Shown: one piece after another, positions 9,401 to 18,612 of the stretch
Layout of the letters: every line of letters begins with the position of its first letter
How positions within the stretch are numbered: the stretch's first letter is position 1
Assembly (NCBI GenBank): GCA_963719225.1
Contig: CAVRAY010000002.1
Location: forward strand, 495,032 to 559,031
DNA: 64,000 bases
From: Thermoanaerobaculia bacterium
GTDB taxonomy: Bacteria; Acidobacteriota; Thermoanaerobaculia; UBA5066
Direction of reading: 5' to 3'
The notes under the pieces: generated by a model
Told to the model about the DNA's origin: nothing
Databases searched by the model: none
The model's input: only the letters and a program-made list of their open reading frames with translations
Made by a program: the position numbers and the translations under genes

Positions 9401-11614
9401 GACGGCCGTCTTCGAGAGGACGACGCCGACGTGGCCGGCGGAGAGCCCGCGAGGCTGCACGGTCACCTGGTAGTCGCCCTCCCTGAGGTAGTCGGCGACG
9501 AGCGCGTTTCGCCCGACGCCGTTCTCCGCTTCTTCGCGAAACTTCGTGACGGTGCGCGTGCGCAGGAGCGCGTTCGTCGCGAGGAGGCCGGTCGTCTCGA
9601 TCCTGTAGAGGCCCGGCTCCGGCACCTTCACGTCGAAGGTCGCGGCTTCGTCCTTCGCGAGGTCGAGCGTCCGCGGCGTCTCGGGCAGGAGGTCGGGGAA
9701 CTTCGGGAGTGCGGCGATCGCCTGATCGGGAAGCGGCGGCAGCGGAGCGTCCTTCGCGAGCGACCGCGTCTGCGCCGCGATCGAGAGGACCCGTGGCGCG
9801 TCTCCAGAGAGCGTCACGGCCGCTTCGTGGGCGCCGGGCGCAACCCGCGGGCGCGGAACGGCCGGCGCGCCGTTGAGCGAGATCGCGAGCGGCGTGCCGT
9901 CCTCGGTCTGCGCCACGAGAAGCGATTCCTCGGCCGTGACGAACGGAACGCTCACTGTCTCGCCGGGGCGCGCGGCGACGGCGAGCGGGTCCGTCAGGTC
10001 GAGCGGCAGCTTCCGGAAGACGAGACCCGAGACGACGCCCGGGCGTTTCCCGACGACGAGCGTGTACCACGCGGTCTGCGAGAGAGAAACCTTCGGAAAG
10101 AGGACGCCGCCGCGAGGGGCGTGCGGCGACGGGGCGGCCTCGCCCGCTGCGCGGATCGAGAGAGTGACGATCCCCTTCTTGACGGGGTGGACCGTGAGCT
10201 CCCAGAGCCCCGCGTCGAGATCGACGGTTCCCTTCCCGCGAAGGGCCACCGGCTTGATCTCGTTCGACCGCCGCGCGAGAGCCGGGAGGATCTGCATTCT
10301 CGCGTCGACTCCGGCCGCCTCCAGCTCGTACTTCCCGGCCGAGGCGGTCCGAAAGAAGAGCGACAGCGGGCCGTCGAGGTTTCCGCGCCCGGCCCACGGA
10401 CGTCGCGGGGCGACTTCGACTTCCGCGCTCCTGAGCGGCACGCGTTGGCCGCTCTCCACGAGCACGCCGGTCTCGTCGACGGCGTCGCGCGAGTCGGCGG
10501 ACGGGATGCTTCCGATCCACCAGTCGCCGCTCCCGCGCACGGCGTATTCGTCGCGCATCTCGAAGTGCGTCAGAACGTACGGCTGTCCGGCGTCGCCGCG
10601 GACGGTCACGAGCGTGAATCCGTCGGTCCGGCCGGCGACGCTCAGAGATGCAGCGGGCGGATTCGTCTTCTTGCCGATGGACGCGCTCTCCGCCGCTTCG
10701 CGGAAAGGCTGTGCGTCATCCCATGGCGCGCCGTTGAACGAGATCGGCCGGGCCTCGGGGACCTCGAGCCCCACGAACGTCGCCGCGCCCGCGATGAGGA
10801 AGCGGTCGATACCCGAGGCGCCCAGCTCGTGTCGCCCGCGCCCCGCGACGCCGTATCGCGGAATCCCCCACACGAGAGAAAGCGGATGCTCGGCGCTTTC
10901 CTCCGCCCAGGGCTCGCCCGGAGAGCCGTAGGCGGAAAGCAGGTACAGGCCGGGCTCGAGGGCGGCCCAGAGCCGCATCACGCGAAGCGGGCGCCCGGCG
11001 CTCGGAATCGTGACCTCGCTCTCGGGCTCGGCGGCGACGAGCCAGCTTCCGCCGTTCCAGAGGCGGAGGTCGGCGAGGTTCCGGCCGGCCGCCTCGAAGG
11101 CGACCTTCCGTCGCTTGTCGATCGAGATCCACCAGGATCGCTTTTCGAAATCGGCCAGCGCCGTCTCGACGGGCTTCGTCTCCACGAGTCGGGGCGGCGT
11201 GTCGCCGTTTTTCTCGACGAACTCGTGAACCGCGAGCTTCGCCCGCCCCTTGGCCTTCGGGTCGCCGTTGAGGACGAGGCGAACCTGTCCGCGGTCGAGG
11301 AAGACGTCCGCGCGGCCGTCCTCTTCCCCCGGCATCCCGAAACGCGGGCCGGGACCCGCCATCCGGTCGACGACCGTCAACGCGACGCCTTCGTCGCTCT
11401 TCGCGGTCAGAGCCCAACGGCCGAACCGGGGAATGGTGACGACCGCCACCTGGCGGCCCGCGGCCGCGATCTGCGCGGGGACGACGCGAGCCTCCTCGGC
11501 TCGGAGCGCGAGCGGAAGGAGAAGCGGGAGGAGCCACTTCCTGCGTCGCCCTGTGCGGGATTCCAATGGAAACGAGAATAGCAGCGGAACTTCGTGTGCC
11601 TTCTTGTGGCTCAT
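6434..11614 (-). CDS. Giant secreted repeat protein (1726 aa), unknown function; first gene of the A2M-pbpC operon
   Basis: Track ORF 6434..14308(-) trimmed to ATG 11614 (MSHKKAHEVPLLFSFPLESRTGRRRKWLLPLLLPLALRAEEA, signal-like). Its stop overlaps the A2M start (ATGA at 6434-6437). Recurring G-x-Y-x-(L/V)-x-V strands occur (GDYQVTVQPRG, GTYRIRALG, GTYRLVVLP, GSYVLEATA, GRYTLRVDP, GDYLVSVRA), and the tail is acidic (EESDEEAAASKGEGEPDAETPDEEKG). Confidence 0.7.
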   Translation of the reverse strand: MSHKKAHEVPLLFSFPLESRTGRRRKWLLPLLLPLALRAEEARVVPAQIAAAGRQVAVVTIPRFGRWALTAKSDEGVALTVVDRMAGPGPRFGMPGEEDGRADVFLDRGQVRLVLNGDPKAKGRAKLAVHEFVEKNGDTPPRLVETKPVETALADFEKRSWWISIDKRRKVAFEAAGRNLADLRLWNGGSWLVAAEPESEVTIPSAGRPLRVMRLWAALEPGLYLLSAYGSPGEPWAEESAEHPLSLVWGIPRYGVAGRGRHELGASGIDRFLIAGAATFVGLEVPEARPISFNGAPWDDAQPFREAAESASIGKKTNPPAASLSVAGRTDGFTLVTVRGDAGQPYVLTHFEMRDEYAVRGSGDWWIGSIPSADSRDAVDETGVLVESGQRVPLRSAEVEVAPRRPWAGRGNLDGPLSLFFRTASAGKYELEAAGVDARMQILPALARRSNEIKPVALRGKGTVDLDAGLWELTVHPVKKGIVTLSIRAAGEAAPSPHAPRGGVLFPKVSLSQTAWYTLVVGKRPGVVSGLVFRKLPLDLTDPLAVAARPGETVSVPFVTAEESLLVAQTEDGTPLAISLNGAPAVPRPRVAPGAHEAAVTLSGDAPRVLSIAAQTRSLAKDAPLPPLPDQAIAALPKFPDLLPETPRTLDLAKDEAATFDVKVPEPGLYRIETTGLLATNALLRTRTVTKFREEAENGVGRNALVADYLREGDYQVTVQPRGLSAGHVGVVLSKTAVVNGGDVTDGVPARLSLGAGEAAELRLDVRKAGTYRIRALGLKRKFPVRLEDKDGWPLLKPGVDGDLRRTLAKGTYRLVVLPFAVSARAVVSLDRQAGPLRFRGHGPHALPLGVSAAALWMEPAEGADRIPDRFGFTLPAPAVVKVVLTAGMQGRLLRDSAATVEVSSGAGFHGSLAPGSYVLEATAARRDSRVEYAVSVTPEPLVAGLSRAVTAPAEIPISIGSPGLYELASSGVDDVRARLRDSAGNVVAENDDRADDWNFAIARPLAPGRYTLRVDPAGAPTARTAIALRELVRSALPLEPLPIARELEPGRGVLEIPVSVAAGSLLSISATASESVGLSVMAEDGALLAQETGRAARVFLPTGAARMLRIGLFSADGRGGSVKVAASSVPLVEWKERQLEKGGALPNGAVAVALERPGVFRLETSGSALRVSTAPDAPALQVEGLVAGGGKRIVIVSEGPVRGARVKLDEKEVTLDASGALCDLAVAKGPVLVRARAATGQPGLLLTRGAATAGERTGFAAALEAPPAVSLAAGPGEPLSDVVLSRIAFANPRTETPARLSFDGAVAGLAARAFVLPSGVKRLRVALGAGLFALVSKGRDGLALLGTTDAPADETLETDGEKIALLSASLSETRFALDVFATSGAPAALVPRAPFAASLPDGGTLRIPVAAPPSGETRTLHVRGASGPVTLLSPDARNLRGADLVVPVEGGTLLLPHAPGLVLAWVDRPGSEAADLFGDGAGTPPVALAPPVAVTLSGEVATFTVASSAPSLLSFRSAGPALSLVTRDGAPPEVAIHQGGVRLDLYASSGSARILLRALGSGSLSGRATLTATPVTKIAEGLGPEILLGAGQARLYGFHVARSGAVGLGVRASSDLVTATLLSAGGARLGEGLVQMPELAVGDYLVSVRAPADAAPVRIRPALAGVDPPGTGPPADVIRTYVLAEPPARSASAARVEESDEEAAASKGEGEPDAETPDEEKGSPR

Positions 11615-11718
11615 CGCCGCGTATTCATCAAGGCGGGTGCCGGAGAGCCTCGGGCCTGCGGCCGCGCGGCGACGTGTCCCGCCTGCTTCCTTCCGCGGTA
11701 TGCATCTCCATTCCGGAG

Positions 11719-14680
11719 ATGAAAGGGCGCCGATTAGACTCCCCGCTCCGAACGGAGGTGTCCGTGAACCGGTCTCGACGCCGTGCCCTCTCGCCCCTTC
11801 CTCTCGCCGCGCTTCTCGCTCTCGCCGGCGCCGCCGCCGCGCAGCCGTTTTCCGAGACTCTGTTCTCGGAGATGCGCTGGCGGATGATCGGCCCGTTTCG
11901 CGCAGGGCGCACAGTCGCCGCGAGCGGCATCCCCGGCAACACGAACGTCTTCTACGCCGCCGCGAACAACGGCGGGGTCTGGAAGACGACGGACGCCGGA
12001 CGCGTCTGGACTCCGATCTTCGACGACCAGCCCACGGGCTCGATCGGCGCCCTCGCCGTCGCGCCGTCGCGCCCCGACACGCTCTACGTCGGGAGCGGGG
12101 AAGGCCTGCAGCGCCCCGACCTCTCCGTCGGCGACGGCATCTACAAGTCGACGGACGCGGGGAAGACCTGGGTCGCACCTCGGCCTGCGCGACGCCCAGC
12201 AGATCGCGGGCCTCGCCGTCCACCCGCGCGACCCGGACCGCGTTTACGCGGCGGTCCTCGGCCACCCGTACGGCGCGAACGCCGAGCGCGGCGTCTTCCG
12301 GTCGACCGACGGCGGAAAGACGTGGACGAAGGTCCTCTACAAGGACGAGAACACGGGCGCCTCGGCCGTGACGCTCGACCCGTCGAATCCCGACGTCGTC
12401 TATGCCGTGCTCTGGGCCGCGCGGCTCGGCCCGTGGGAGAACGGCGAGTGGCAGGGGCCCGAAAGCGGCCTCTTCAAGAGCACGGACGGCGGGACCACGT
12501 GGAAGAAGCTCGTGAACGGTTTGCCCACGTTCGCCGACGGCCTCGGGCGCATCGGCGTTTGCGTCTCCCCCGTGGATCCGAAACGCCTCTACGCCACTGT
12601 CGACGCGACGCCCGAGAAGGCGGGCATCTACGTGTCCGACGATGCCGGGGAGAGCTTCACGCGCACGAACGGCGAGTCGCGCGTCTGGGGCCGCGGCAGC
12701 GACTTCGCCGAGCTGCGCGCGCACCCGAAGAACCGCGACGAAGTCTGGGCCGCGAACATCGCGACGTACCGGTCGACCGACGGCGGAAAGACGTTCGCCC
12801 CCGTGAAGGGCGCGCCGGGCGGAGACGACTACCACACGATCTTCATCCACCCCGAGAATCCCGACGTCATCCTCCTCGCGGCCGATCAGGGCGCGACGAT
12901 CTCCGTGAACGCGGGCGCGACGTGGAGCAGCTGGTACAACCAGCCGACGGCGCAGCTCTACCACGTCTCCACGGACGACCGCTTTCCGTACTGGGTGTAC
13001 GGAGGGCAGCAGGAAAGCGGCTCCGTCGCGATCGCGAGCCGGGGCGACGACGGGGCGATCACCCATCGCGACTGGCACCCCGTCGGCGCGGAGGAGTACG
13101 GCTACGTCGCGCCGGATCCGCTCGACCCCGACGTCGTCTACGGCGGAAAGCTCACGCGCTTCCGCCATTCCACGGGCCAGGTGCAGGACGTCTCGCCCGC
13201 GCCGCTCCGCGGCACGTACCGCTTCCTGCGCACGGCGCCCGTCCTGTTCTCGCCGGCGGACCCGCACATCCTCTTCTATGCGGGCAACGTCCTCTTCAGG
13301 ACCAGGAACGGCGGGAAGACCTGGGACGTCGTCAGCCCCGACCTCTCCCGCGAGGCGCCGGACGTGCCCGAGTCGATCGGCGTCTACCGCAAGCCCGAGA
13401 TGGCGACGCAGAAGCGCCGCGGCGTCATCTACACCGTCGCGCCCGCGAAGAAAGACGTGAACGTGATCTGGGCGGGCACGGACGACGGCCTCATCCACCG
13501 CACCGCGGACGGGGGAAAGACGTGGGTCAACGTCACGCCGCCCGGCCTCACGGCCTGGAGCAAGGTGTCGCTGATCGACGCCTCGCCGTTCGACGACCTC
13601 ACGGCCTACGCCGCCATCAACCGCATCCGCCTCGACGACCAGCAGCCCCACGTCCTGCGCACGCACGACGGCGGAAAGACGTGGAAAGAGATCGTGAAGG
13701 GCCTTCCCGACGATCCCGTCAACGCCGTGCGCGAGGATCCGGTCCGGAAAGGGCTCCTCTACGCGGGCACGGAGCGCATGGTCCACGTCTCCTTCGACGA
13801 CGGCGAGAGCTGGCAGCCGCTGCGCCTCAACATGCCGGCCACGTCCATCCGCGACCTCGTCGTCCACGGCGACGACCTCGTCGTCGGCACGCACGGGCGG
13901 AGCTTCTGGATCCTCGACGACGTCACGCCGCTCCGCCAGCTCGACGCGAAAACGGCCTCGAGCGCGCCGTTTCTCTACGCGCCCCAGACCGCGATCCGCG
14001 TGCGCCGGAGCCGCTGGACCGACACGCCGCTTCCGCCGGAAGAGCCCGCGGGCCGGAACCCGCCGGACGGCGCGATCCTCGACTACGTCCTCGCCGTGAA
14101 GCCGGCGGCGCCCGTGACTCTCGAGATCCTGGACGACAAGGGCGCTCTCGTCCGGCGCTTTTCGAGCGACGATGCGCCCGAGCCGCTCGTCGACCCTCTC
14201 GTCGTCGCGCCGTACTGGGTGCGGCCGCCGCGCATCCTGCCGGCGGCGCCCGGCATGCACCGCTTCGTCTGGGACCTGCGCTTTCCGCCCCCGCGCACGA
14301 ACCAGCACGAGTACCCGATCTCCGCGATCCCGGGCGACACGCCGAAGGAGCCGCTCGGGCCGTTCGTTCTGCCCGGGGCGTATACCGTGAAGCTGACCGT
14401 GGACGGGACGTCCTTCACGCGAAGCCTGACCGTGAAGCTGGATCCGCGGGTCCGGATGTCGCCGGCCGACCTCGCCGCTCAGCTCGCCCTCCTCAACCGG
14501 TTGAGCGCGGCGCTCGAGCGCGTCGCGTCGGAGCCCGCCCCTCGGGAAGCGGAGGCGAAGAAGAAGCGCGGCTCGCTGGAAGACAAGCTCGTGCGTCTCT
14601 GGGGAATCATCGAGGGTGCGGACGAGGCGCCGACGGCGCAGGCCGCGGCCGCGGTCGACGAGCTGGCCGCCGTTCCATGA
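11719..14680 (+). pseudogene. BNR/Asp-box repeat (sortilin/VPS10-like) glycosyl-hydrolase-like secreted protein, one frame break
   Basis: The frame of track ORF 11566.. (real from MKGRRLDSPL...LALAGAAAAQ signal peptide) joins track ORF 12368..14680. Repeated Asp-box motifs are WKTTDAGRVW, YKSTDAGKTW, FRSTDGGKTW, FKSTDGGTTW, YRSTDGGKTF, RTRNGGKTW, HRTADGGKTW, RTHDGGKTW. The frame break lies near 12172 (..DAGKTWV / HLGLRDAQQIAGLAVHPRDPDRVYA..). Confidence 0.75.
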
Positions 14681-16104
14681 GCGGCACCTCCACGAACGCG
14701 CCGCCGGGGGCGGCGCCCGGCGCGCCCGTCCTCGTCTGCGGCCTCGGGCACGTCGGCATTCGGGTCGTCGAGCTCCTCGCCCGCCTCGGCGAGCGCGCCG
14801 TCGTCATCACGCGGGAGACACGGCCCGAGTGGCGCCGCATCGCCGAGGCCGCGGGGGCGACGGTCGTCACGGGCGACGCGCGCGACCCGGACCTGCTGCG
14901 CGCGTCGGGTCTCATGCAGGCGCGCGCCCTCCTCGCCGTGACCGACCACGACCCGGTCAACCTCGAGATCGCGCTCGACGCGTCGCGCGTGCGCCCGGAC
15001 CTCCCCGTCGTCGCGCGCCTCTTCGACCAGAATCTCGCGCAGCAGCTCGAGGCGAGCGGCGCCGTCCGGCGCGCGCTCTCGGTCTCGGCCCTCGCGGCGC
15101 CGGCGTTCGCGGGTGCGGCGCTCGGGGAGTCGGTCCTCGCGTCCTTCACGATCGACGGCAAGCTCGACGTCGTCGTGCGGGAAGGCGAGGACCTCCTCGT
15201 CTTCGAGGAGCTCGAGGCGAAGAAGCGTTTCGAGCTGCACGTCGAGGCCTCCCAGGTCGCGGCCCGCCGCGGGCCCGCCTCAGGCCTTCTCCGCGTCTGG
15301 AAGAGCGCACCGCTCGGGCTGCGGTACGTCTTCGCCGCGCTCGTCGCGCTCACGGCGCTCTCCGTCTTCGTCTTCTCGTGGGCGATGGACCTCGGCCTCG
15401 TGGACGCGTTCTACTTCGTCGTCACGACGGTCACGACCGTGGGCTACGGCGACATCACGCCGCTCAAGGCCGCGCCGGCGCTGAAGCTCTACACCTCTTT
15501 CCTCATGGTCCTCGGCTCTGCGACGCTCGCGACGCTCACGTCCATCCTCACGGCCTTCGTCGTGACCGAGCGCTTCGAGCGCCTCCTCGGCCGGGGCCGC
15601 ATCCCGGCCGGAGGCCACGTCGTCGTGATCGGCCTCGGCAACGTCGGGTCGCGCACGCTCGCGGCGCTCCAGCGAGCGGACGTCCCCGCCGCCGGCGTCG
15701 AGCTCGACCCCGCAGCGGCCCGCGGCGTCGCGCCGGGGACCGCCGTCGTGACGGGAGACGCCCGCCAGGCCGGCATTCTCGAGCAGGCCCATGTGGCCAC
15801 GGCGCGCGCCGTCGTCGCCGTCACCGGTGACGACGCCGTCAATCTCGGCGTCGCGCTCCTCGCCGAGAAGCTCAACCCGAAGATCCGCACCGTCGTGCGG
15901 CTCTTCGACGCGGGCCTCGCCGAGAAGGTGCAGGCCGCTCTCGACGTGGACGTCGCGATGGGCGCCGCGCGCGTCGCCGCGCCGATGTTCGTGGCGGCGG
16001 CGCTGGAGGACGGCGTCGCCGCAGCCGTCGTCTCCGGCGGCGCGCTCCACGTCCTGAAGAGGAGCGCGTCCGGCCTCGCCTGGACGAAGCGAGCGCTGAA
16101 CTGA
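14677..16104 (+). CDS. Potassium channel with two TrkA-N/RCK domains
   Basis: In-frame tail of track ORF 11566..16104. ATG 14677 overlaps the upstream stop (ATGA). Rossmann motifs VLVCGLGHVGIRV and VVVIGLGNVGSRT flank a pore module with selectivity filter TTVGYGD. Confidence 0.85.
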   Translation: MSGTSTNAPPGAAPGAPVLVCGLGHVGIRVVELLARLGERAVVITRETRPEWRRIAEAAGATVVTGDARDPDLLRASGLMQARALLAVTDHDPVNLEIALDASRVRPDLPVVARLFDQNLAQQLEASGAVRRALSVSALAAPAFAGAALGESVLASFTIDGKLDVVVREGEDLLVFEELEAKKRFELHVEASQVAARRGPASGLLRVWKSAPLGLRYVFAALVALTALSVFVFSWAMDLGLVDAFYFVVTTVTTVGYGDITPLKAAPALKLYTSFLMVLGSATLATLTSILTAFVVTERFERLLGRGRIPAGGHVVVIGLGNVGSRTLAALQRADVPAAGVELDPAAARGVAPGTAVVTGDARQAGILEQAHVATARAVVAVTGDDAVNLGVALLAEKLNPKIRTVVRLFDAGLAEKVQAALDVDVAMGAARVAAPMFVAAALEDGVAAAVVSGGALHVLKRSASGLAWTKRALN

Positions 16105-16111
16105 AGACCTT

Positions 16112-17443
16112 TCAGCCTGCGATGGACGCCCGGCTCAGTTTTCGCCCGAGGACGAACAGCGGCCACCCCGTCACGAGGATCGCCGTTCCAGCGAGCGCGA
16201 GGCGCGGCTCGGTGATCGCCACGTGCGCCGCGACGGCGGCGAGCGCGAGGACGTAGAGCGCGGGGAGGACGGGGAACCCCGGGATCCGGAACGTGCCGGT
16301 GCCGCCCTCGCCGCGTTTCCTCAGGACGAACAGAGTCGAGGAGACGACGACGAGCGTCAGCATGTCCGTGAAGATCACGTAGTTGAGGAGCTTCTCGAAA
16401 GAGCCGAGGAGGAACGCAGGCACGAGCATCGTCGCGCCGAAGAGGAGGAGCCCGGCCATCGACACCTGCGTCCGTGGCGCGACGCGCAGGAAGACGCGCG
16501 GCAGAACGCCGTCCTCGGCCATCGCGTAATAGCTCCGCGGCATCTGGAGGACAGTCGCGTTCACGAAGCCGGCCGCCGAGAGGAAGATCAGCGCCGACAC
16601 CACGGCTTCCCCGACTCCCCCGAGGCTCACCCGCGCGAGGGCGGCCGCGACGAGCTTCGACTCCGCGACGCCGCCCGCCCCGAGAGACCTGACGTACGCG
16701 AAGTTCAGGACGAGGTAGAGCCCGACGACGGTGAGCATTCCCGCCGTCACGGCGATCGGAAAGCGCCGCCTCGCGTCCTTCACGTCCGCGCCGAGGTTCA
16801 TCGTCATGTGGTACCCGCCGTACGCGTAGAAGACGGGGATCAGCGCGGCGGCGAGGCCGGCCGGAACGGCGGACGGAGCGACTGCCTGTCCGGCCGCCTT
16901 CGGAGCGAGGGCGAGAGCGACGGCCGCCAGTCCCACGATCATCACGATCTTCAGCATCGAGAGAACGTTCTGCGTGCCCGCGCCCACGCGGATCCCGAGG
17001 CCGTTCAGGACGAGGAGGGCGAGCATCAGCCCCAGCGAGACCCAGAGCACGCTCCTGCCGCCGCGCGGCACCGGCGGAAGGAGCAGTCCGACGAGGTATT
17101 CCGCCCCGATGAACGCGACTCCCGCCGCCCCCGCGCCCTGCATGAGCGTCTGCGCCCAGTTCAGGCTGAACGCGAGCGCCGGGTGGTAGCAGTCGGCGAC
17201 GACGCGGTAGTAGCCGCCCGCGCGCGGATGCCTCGAGCCGATCTCCGCGAACACGAGCGCCCCGACGAGGCTCACGAGGCCGCCGATTCCCCACGCGAGG
17301 AGGAAGAGGCCCTGGGTTCCCGTCGCGCGCGCCACGATCGCGGGCGTCCGGAAGATCCCGATGCCGACGACGAGGCTCACGACGACCATCGCCGTGTCGA
17401 ACGTCCCGAGCCTGGCGTCGATCTTCTCGGAGTCCGCCTTCAC
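16112..17443 (-). CDS. APC-superfamily amino-acid permease
   Basis: Track ORF 16112..18589(-) trimmed to GTG 17443, which overlaps the upstream stop (GTGA). Multi-helix membrane protein with GTFDTAMVVVSLVVGIGIFRTPAIVA and FAEIGSRHPRAGGYY, as in APC transporters. Confidence 0.85.
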   Translation of the reverse strand: MKADSEKIDARLGTFDTAMVVVSLVVGIGIFRTPAIVARATGTQGLFLLAWGIGGLVSLVGALVFAEIGSRHPRAGGYYRVVADCYHPALAFSLNWAQTLMQGAGAAGVAFIGAEYLVGLLLPPVPRGGRSVLWVSLGLMLALLVLNGLGIRVGAGTQNVLSMLKIVMIVGLAAVALALAPKAAGQAVAPSAVPAGLAAALIPVFYAYGGYHMTMNLGADVKDARRRFPIAVTAGMLTVVGLYLVLNFAYVRSLGAGGVAESKLVAAALARVSLGGVGEAVVSALIFLSAAGFVNATVLQMPRSYYAMAEDGVLPRVFLRVAPRTQVSMAGLLLFGATMLVPAFLLGSFEKLLNYVIFTDMLTLVVVSSTLFVLRKRGEGGTGTFRIPGFPVLPALYVLALAAVAAHVAITEPRLALAGTAILVTGWPLFVLGRKLSRASIAG

Positions 17444-18612
17444 TTCAGGGCCTCGACGAGGAGACCCGCGAGCCTGACGTACTGCTCCTCGGTGTTGTAG
17501 AGCTGCGCGGAGACGCGCACGAGCTTTCCGCGGCCGGCCGGCCAGTCGTAGAACCACGGCTCGGCGCCGCGCACGCGCATCCAGTCCGCGAGCGCCTCCC
17601 GCCCGAGCTTCCGGGCGGGAGTCGTCGGCCCGGAGACGGGCAACGGCACCGACGCCATCGAGCCGAGCATCGATTCGGGCGCGGGCGCCGGAATGCCGAG
17701 GGTCGCGCAGATCGCCGCGCGCGCCTTCAGCGCGAGCGCATGGTTCGTCGCCATCAGCTCCGGCCAGCCGCCGGGCAGAAGGCCGCCGAGATACGCGATG
17801 CAGTCGGGGATGCAGAGAGCGGCCGTGGGATCGGCCGTGCCCGTCCAGTCGAACTCGTCCTTGAAACGCGTCTCGCCTCCGGCATAGCCGTGGCTGATCG
17901 AGACGGGATGCAGGCCCTTCTGCCGGTCCTTGCGCACGTGCAGAAACGCGGCGCCCTTCGGCGCGCAGAGCCACTTGTGGGCGTTCGCCGTGTAGTACGC
18001 CGCGCCGAGGCGCCCGAGATCGAGCGGAACCATCGCGAGCGCGTGCGCGCCGTCCACGAGCGTGTCCACGCCGCGCGCGGAGAGCTCGGCGACGAGCCGC
18101 CCGATCGGGAAGACGAGCGCCGTCGGGCTTGTGACGTGATCCAGCATCGCGAGGCGCGTGTGAGGCGTGACGCGCGAGAGAACGCCGGAAACGACCTCCT
18201 CCTCGGAACGCAGCGGAAAAGGAATCTCCGCCACCACGACGCGCGCGCCCGTCCGGGATGCCGCGTAGTCGAGCGTCTTCCTGCACGCGGCGTAGGCGTG
18301 GTCCGTCGTGAGGAGCTCGTCGCCGGGAGAGAACGGGAGCGAGCGGACGACCGCGTTGACGCCCGCCGTCGCGTTCGGGACGAAAGCGAGATCCTCGCCG
18401 TCCGCACCCACGAACGCCGCCAGCGCCCCGCGCGCGCCGGCGACCAGCTCCGGAAGCTCGCGGATGAAGAAGTCCACCGGCTCCCTCTCGAGCCGGCTCC
18501 TGAGCTCCGACTGCTTCGCGAGGATCGCCTTCGGGCACGCCCCGAACGAGCCGTGGTTCAGGTAGTCGACCGCCGGGTCGAGGAGCCAAAGATCGGCCCA
18601 GGGATTCGTCAC
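17440..18612 (-). CDS. Class V aminotransferase-fold PLP enzyme (isopenicillin-N-epimerase/cysteine-desulfurase-like)
   Basis: Track ORF 17440..19203(-) trimmed to GTG 18612, which overlaps the fic stop (GTGA). N-terminus is VTNPWADLWLLDPAVDYLNHGSFGACP; the PLP-lysine context is YTANAHKWLCAPKGAAFL. Confidence 0.85.
   Translation of the reverse strand: MTNPWADLWLLDPAVDYLNHGSFGACPKAILAKQSELRSRLEREPVDFFIRELPELVAGARGALAAFVGADGEDLAFVPNATAGVNAVVRSLPFSPGDELLTTDHAYAACRKTLDYAASRTGARVVVAEIPFPLRSEEEVVSGVLSRVTPHTRLAMLDHVTSPTALVFPIGRLVAELSARGVDTLVDGAHALAMVPLDLGRLGAAYYTANAHKWLCAPKGAAFLHVRKDRQKGLHPVSISHGYAGGETRFKDEFDWTGTADPTAALCIPDCIAYLGGLLPGGWPELMATNHALALKARAAICATLGIPAPAPESMLGSMASVPLPVSGPTTPARKLGREALADWMRVRGAEPWFYDWPAGRGKLVRVSAQLYNTEEQYVRLAGLLVEALK

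Noticed and set aside
44-10520. Many long Arg/Gly/Pro-rich ORFs on both strands (e.g. 44..829+, 1821..2939+, 3757..5688-, 3843..5972+, 7241..8881+, 8658..10520-, 8885..11581+)
   Set aside because: They overlap the well-supported pbpC, A2M and giant-protein genes in other frames. Their composition (runs of R, G, P, A) is typical of off-frame translation of high-GC coding DNA.
11566-16104. Single 1,512-aa ORF
   Set aside because: It concatenates the 5' part of the BNR gene, off-frame nonsense and the K+ channel gene. The BNR gene continues in another frame (12368..14680), and the channel has its own ATG at 14677.
16104-16112. Rho-independent terminator between the convergent K+ channel and permease genes
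   Set aside because: Only 7 nt separate the two stops. The nearby CTGAAGACCTTTCAG is not a clean GC-rich stem followed by a T-tract.
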